This document shows, in pieces, positions 62,381 to 64,000 of a stretch of 64,000 bases of DNA. A program made the position numbers and the translations under genes. Source of the stretch: Verrucomicrobia bacterium UBA2281 (GTDB taxonomy: Bacteria > Verrucomicrobiota > Kiritimatiellia > CAIQIC01 > Lenti-01); NCBI GenBank assembly GCA_002347655.1, contig DDWR01000020.1, forward strand, positions 76,155-140,154, in the 5' to 3' direction. The notes under the pieces are model-generated. The model did no database searches, had not been told where the DNA came from, and saw only the letters and a program-made list of their open reading frames with translations. The stretch's first letter is position 1. Every line of letters begins with the position of its first letter.

Positions 62381-62833
62381 ATGCCCCGCGCCGCTCCATG
62401 CCGTTTGCCCGCCGGAAGCGTCCGTCCCGTGGCCGTCGGGTCGCCGCCGCTCTTGCTGCGCCGCTATGCCTCGCGCATCGCGGCGGGCTTCCCGTCGCCG
62501 GCGGACGACCATCTGGAAAGCCCTCTGGACCTGAACGCGCATCTGGTGGCGCATCCCGCCGCGACGTTCGTGGTCAAGGTGCAGGGCGACTCGATGTCCG
62601 GCGCGGGCATCCGCGACGGCGACCTGCTGGTGGTCGATCGCGCGCGCGAGGCGAAGTCCGGCGCCATCGTCGTGGCCGTGGTGGACGGCGCGCTGACGGT
62701 CAAGCGCCTGCGCGTCGGCCGCGACGGCGTGCGGCTGGAGCCGGAGAATCCGGCCTACCGGCCCATCCGGGTGCGCGAAGGCGAAGAACTGGTGATCTGG
62801 GGCGTCGTGGCGCATGCCATCCGCTCCTATTGA
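62381..62833 (+). CDS. umuD: translesion DNA polymerase V accessory subunit UmuD (S24 LexA-like autopeptidase)
   Basis: ..[65 protein letters not shown].. aligns with the E. coli UmuD Ser/Lys dyad region. The track ORF starts at 62333; I chose ATG 62381 after the LexA-like box. Confidence 0.75.
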   Translation: MPRAAPCRLPAGSVRPVAVGSPPLLLRRYASRIAAGFPSPADDHLESPLDLNAHLVAHPAATFVVKVQGDSMSGAGIRDGDLLVVDRAREAKSGAIVVAVVDGALTVKRLRVGRDGVRLEPENPAYRPIRVREGEELVIWGVVAHAIRSY

Positions 62834-62849
62834 AACGGGGCGGAGCGCC

Positions 62850-64000
62850 ATGTTCGCGCTGGTGGATTGCAACAACTTCTACGCCTCGTGCGAGCGCGTG
62901 TTCCGGCCCGCGCTGGAAGGCCGGCCCATCGTCGTGCTGTCGAACAACGACGGTTGCGTCGTCGCCCGCAGCGCCGAAGCCAAGGCGCAGGGCATTCCGA
63001 TGGCCAAGCCGTGGTTCCAGCTCGAGCGCGGCCTGCGCGGTCCGCCCGTCGCCGTCTTTTCCTCCAACTACGCGCTCTACGGCGACCTGTCCCGGCGCGT
63101 CATGCAGGTCCTCGCGGACTTCTGCCCGCGGCTGGAAATCTATTCCATCGACGAGTGCTTTCTGGATTTGTCCGGCGTGGCCGGCGACCGCACGGCGCTG
63201 GGGCTGGACATGGCGCGCCGCGTGAAGCGCTGGACGGGCATTCCGGTTTCCGTGGGCATCGCCCCCACGAAGACGCTGGCGAAGGTCGCGAACCGCCTGG
63301 CCAAGCGCGGCCAGAGCCCGGCGGGACCGGTGCTGGATTGGGCGCGCCTGCCGGATCCGCGCGCGACGCTGGCCGCGCTGGCGCCGGAAGACGTCTGGGG
63401 CATCTCTTCGCGCCTGGGCGAGCGGGTGCGGCGCCTGGGCCTCGCCAGCGCGCTCGCGCTGGCCGAAGCCGATCCCCGCGTCCTGCGGCGGGCGGGCGGG
63501 GTGGTGCTGGAGCGCCTCGGCCGCGAACTGGGCGGCACCGCCTGTCTCGCGCTGGAAGACGTGGCGCCGCCGCGGAAGCAAATCATGGTCTCGCGCACGT
63601 TCGGCGCGCGCCTCGCGCGCGCGGAAGACGTGCAAGCCGCCGTCGCGGCGTTCGCCGCGCGCGCCGGCGAAAAACTCCGCCGCCAGCACCGGCGCACGGC
63701 GGCCGTGACGACGTTCCTGCAGACCGATCCCTTCGATCGCGAAGGCCCGCGCTACTTCAACGGGGCGACGGTCGCGATGGAACGCCCCACGGCCGATTCC
63801 GGCAAACTCGTGCGCGCCGCGCAGCAGGGGCTCGCGCGCATCTTCCGGCCGGGCCTGGCCTACCGCAAGGCGGGCGTGCTGCTGCCGGATCTCGAACCCG
63901 CCGGCATCGAACAGGGCCTGCTGTTTTCGGCGGAGCCCGCCGACGACGCGCGCACCGCGCGGCGGATGGCATGCCTCGACCGCCTCAACCAGGCGCCCGC
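62850..64000 (+). CDS. umuC: 3'-truncated CDS; Y-family DNA polymerase UmuC (Pol V catalytic subunit)
   Basis: Translating from ATG 62850 gives [51 protein letters not shown].., the canonical UmuC/DinB N-terminus. It runs off the window end, so it is not in the ORF track. Confidence 0.8.
   Translation, partial: MFALVDCNNFYASCERVFRPALEGRPIVVLSNNDGCVVARSAEAKAQGIPMAKPWFQLERGLRGPPVAVFSSNYALYGDLSRRVMQVLADFCPRLEIYSIDECFLDLSGVAGDRTALGLDMARRVKRWTGIPVSVGIAPTKTLAKVANRLAKRGQSPAGPVLDWARLPDPRATLAALAPEDVWGISSRLGERVRRLGLASALALAEADPRVLRRAGGVVLERLGRELGGTACLALEDVAPPRKQIMVSRTFGARLARAEDVQAAVAAFAARAGEKLRRQHRRTAAVTTFLQTDPFDREGPRYFNGATVAMERPTADSGKLVRAAQQGLARIFRPGLAYRKAGVLLPDLEPAGIEQGLLFSAEPADDARTARRMACLDRLNQAP

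Noticed and set aside
1-64000. Transposases, integrases or IS elements that would explain the 4HB cassettes, the toxin-antitoxin insertion or the giant-gene insertion
   Set aside because: No ORF with DDE transposase, tyrosine/serine recombinase or IS terminal-inverted-repeat features was found in any frame. Any mobility of these cassettes would have to be in trans or by another mechanism.

Overview
This GC-rich window (about 65-70% G+C by eye, not computed) is almost entirely on the + strand. It has three parts.

1. Positions 1-29086 hold a very long, translationally coupled polysaccharide (EPS/O-antigen-like) operon. It encodes a pyruvyl transferase, hexapeptide acetyltransferase, Wzx flippase, GT2, Wzy-like polymerase, two-domain esterase, two FemAB-like GNAT paralogues, two ATP-grasp ligases, three GT4 enzymes (one fused to a DegT-like domain), acyltransferase-3, a GNAT acetyltransferase, three CE4-type deacetylases (two are membrane-anchored paralogues), and a PglC/PglE/PglF-like trio for a diamino-trideoxyhexose. 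A HepT/MntA toxin-antitoxin pair and a VanZ gene interrupt the operon.

2. Positions 29083-50010 carry what looks like a split, undescribed peptide-modification (RiPP-like) system. Upstream are a radical SAM/SPASM enzyme with an N-terminal PqqD-like RRE, a tandem PqqD-like ORF, a second radical SAM/SPASM enzyme and an HprK-related P-loop kinase. A 10.6-kb gene (3,539 aa) for a giant secreted protein (SdrD-B repeats, DUF11, GEVED, C25-peptidase and MBG domains) follows. Downstream are a candidate Cys-rich precursor peptide with a ranthipeptide-like KPxSxDLG leader, an S24/S26 peptidase, an NTP_transf_5 nucleotidyltransferase, an ABC exporter and an OM beta-barrel.

3. Positions 50024-64000 contain a tRNA-Met(CAU), a two-gene minus-strand operon, a second giant secreted protein (GH13 alpha-amylase domain, TSP3-like repeats, and the same C-terminal module as the first giant protein), and a umuDC operon with a GAAC-N4-GTTC LexA-type box.

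Two small four-helix-bundle (23S-IVS-protein-like) genes sit inside operons as cassettes flanked by inverted repeats. One is bracketed by inverted arrays of a 7-nt tandem repeat. The downstream 12-copy array appears to be translated in frame as the N-terminus of the PqqD ORF, which suggests slipped-strand phase variation.

I found no transposase, integrase, CRISPR array or rRNA. Many long antisense or alternate-frame ORFs in the track are GC-bias shadows and I ignored them. The organism is probably a PVC-type or other high-GC Gram-negative; that is inference only.
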